This document shows positions 44,201 through 44,546 of a DNA stretch of 44,546 nucleotides, one piece after another (the stretch's first letter is position 1; each line of letters opens with the position of its first letter). The notes under the pieces were generated by a model that was given only the letters and a program-made list of their open reading frames with translations, was not told where the DNA came from and ran no database searches. The position numbers were made by a program, and so were the translations under genes. The stretch comes from Halocafeteria seosinensis (taxonomy: Eukaryota), in NCBI GenBank assembly GCA_001687465.1, contig LVLI01000296.1, forward strand, positions 1 to 44,546, written 5' to 3'.

Positions 44201-44544
44201 GACAACATATAAACGTTCTCGATCACTAATTGGCCTCCTAAATGTCCCGTATCGGCTCCACATACACCTCCGGATTTCTCGTTGGTGGTAGTAACCAACC
44301 CAGTGATATACGAATCTTGAACATGCATAGTTCCATATTCTTGTGCCGTCCATGAACCACCCAAACCTCCCGTTGATGCGCCCAGGACGTCCCCTAACGT
44401 AAAGCACTCAGTGATACTCACAAATCCTTCAAACCGACCTCCGTTAGCTCCGACGATCCCACCACTATACGGCCCAACGATGTTACCCATTGAAGAGCAT
44501 CGGCGGATATGTGCTGCAGAACCAGCTCCGCCGCCGGTGCCAGA
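38218..44544 (-). CDS. Giant type-I membrane protein: GLUG-like repeats, Cys-rich repeats, mucin-like stalk, REJ (polycystin-1-like) region, degenerate GPS-like motif, single TM; 5'-partial, >2100 aa
   Basis: The frame stays open beyond ATG 44490 to the window edge. GLUG-like YSGGIVGANGG, STGGLGG, KSGGVCG; CxxCxxG(E/Q) repeats; REJ-like VNEPPMSG..ATGWKD..PLMYSF..TDALGA; TM VSIAVAVLISLAAVFAGGSAVYCY followed by RIRKR. Confidence 0.9.
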   Translation of the reverse strand, partial: SGTGGGAGSAAHIRRCSSMGNIVGPYSGGIVGANGGRFEGFVSITECFTLGDVLGASTGGLGGSWTAQEYGTMHVQDSYITGLVTTTNEKSGGVCGADTGHLGGQLVIENVYMLSSPRSFMIGELDEADVVIRHCVHATENRETNAEKLIATGGTENVHLEDNSGDLSEIRGELYRKGNVSLWSDAVWFVPEVKGVSRSDIFPRLRRNAQRVCEVGRIPARDGKGCEACSSNQYASVFDTTCRLCGAGEVPTKKQDGCIRCRADEFATVFNSSCQPCKAGEVPTEAQDGCRPAATASIAIAGTASPTILASPAATSAATQTGFWTVTSSSTMSSPGYHRVTTTPLSEETPVGSETSSEFTGKETVTFSASGTMGVITSATESVGALSTNQRLPLTTPSNQSPVSPSRPTAARSRPTAFSPSAMGAVSSTFGATLDGSVSRSAASRSTPTATSSSTETASFTATTSPAEAASSAATTSPTETALSTATTSSTIAASPTVTSEPTIRTTDPHRVTGTPLSEEEIPDRSKTPSEVAGGVTVTSSASGTMVVVTSATESAGASSTTSSALTSSTTMSTPGYHRVTATRLSEGETPVPRETPSEVAGEVTVTSSASGARGVNTSATESVGASTTNLELPLTTPSNQSPVSPSRPTSTIQESVSATPRRPASRTTPSRPTAFSPSAMGAVSSTFGATLDGSASRSAASGGSLSSPATRTEAGDPRYPIGSTARTRTSIASATETCSVSPETRGETETVSLPRTASQTSSKTIRTTGPLSGTVASSTDPTQTHSPITPSASATPSLRSAPSIVAGPQLDRLGSLLTIKFDTHTNFGGLGVSFECGELLYSEIGRNVSVFSSCSWLDSQALVIYLRSPERDKEEHGATVMVNTSITVLGGIIEQDQPSASMPLTTRRVLPPYPPPAVEFHVAYQEVLALCDDAEVVVTFATGSSRAHGIVWTWALQAVETSDGVDVTHSNNTNPVREKIHLANQENRDNMLVRAAELLSGATYRFTLRGENIHGSSKNRSIKFRVERHQAPSIFFNEEPGEKIVSSSPVLFASSATLVACEKTDESSSDVSRFNFVYSWEIVAPTERMVGISNYLTPDPRRLSIPANELIPFVKPYKFHFNVTATSGARALRSSREIGLTVEPSPVEAHIAGGSRPVSISSNLILDASSSKSTVENLEGIPEDWSFEKQFFWKCQVLNNNCTDVLIKDATKAGPSLVVQSETLESLKQKTSSDEQLSVTFTVTVRFQLNRDSGSPFTSSDSDSITITLTGNSIPVVTLDSFLPKDAPITLINGQSHFKVNPNSEIRVAANVRESSDTVSRWSLMDETGIDLGTVIDSPRVEANPLVIRANQLLQGSTYTVRYQSQFGDQFVSKNPSGFTEVRFTVNEPPMSGRFLISSPGEIVGDVTEVRLSATGWKDQNVPLMYSFYSGFISDFSSSSSLRSARSRPTDIVTVPTPDQGNSVWMFLKITDALGASKVVKRHISIRRPASAQLGQAANAKRIKAEGCVNTKDASCVARSARDGARANNLVAVSSNDGRRLLADDKHSNATLYLINILDSLEAGYDFAVNDEMTAADFIGSLSPIAGSQASTVSEALRVLNLLTRILDNNLDPATTQFRYSNNLGDEVVTVVSLTLSRNFEKNEPLFSNGKNALELVSRSQLIGRLAGSGTQTAHTLFHDLPSFCDQTFFASVYSRRISAFGSFEIEPERLKHGVGLSDLEFHNCDRDPKLTNNMERVIPAVTRNNDEDLLFSKLSEADVIIQEYVGPPLVAFHGGIIQEAAYSSATADSFVSALNGYIYSLLPQGDILTGRSAIRGNNRRHLGVIRRLSETFVSNIQKNMLQRQIASKTLSLSAFSVDGQAAVLQQPVNLTMVLYPEPGVAGTSLRDIPDVTRLLSGRMELISRTERCPGSDGNPTNISVSCVDPLTGSHTAVSVECDKDFEGAEIQVFCGQSVIVPVVLHSDNGVSDWSDANITQSSIRFDGRTITAETNQSGVFLASLFTVKTRQVARMIAPPTSSPTSMPSSSMQASFSSSVDDAHGSFDDDGLSRVSIAVAVLISLAAVFAGGSAVYCYRIRKRDRPAPIHVREQEGDVYIQEDETRAAEAI
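42440..43570. repeat. In-frame internal duplications in the mucin stalk
   Basis: Near-identical blocks ~42443-42536 vs ~43217-43309 and ~42596-42850 vs ~43318-43570, a third partial copy at ~42866-43017, and 30-bp tandem units (gggtgaggtagtagctg) at ~43050-43200. Confidence 0.9.
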
Positions 44545-44546
44545 AC

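Overview
Gene-dense eukaryotic (protist-like) DNA with short GT-AG introns, mostly 61-76 nt, donor often GTACG. No rRNA, tRNA or CRISPR array was seen. A spliced ectA with an N-terminal extension points to a halophilic stramenopile such as Halocafeteria (inference). Apparently intact genes: ectA, a signal-anchored TTL-like ATP-grasp ligase, a NOL7/Bud21-like protein, a 26-aa-unit LRR protein, a METTL13-C/spermidine-synthase-like methyltransferase, a DENN-WD40 protein, a coiled-coil protein, a PDZ-coiled-coil-PH protein, a multipass membrane protein (its tandem paralogue has a premature stop) and a giant GLUG/Cys-rich/mucin/REJ type-I membrane protein that runs off the window end. Relics: an RNase H fragment, a hAT transposase and a broken REJ-protein paralogue. 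The most striking pattern is that much of the apparent intergenic DNA, on both strands, reads as decayed copies (about ten) of the single intact LRR gene. All alignments and splice models were made by eye.
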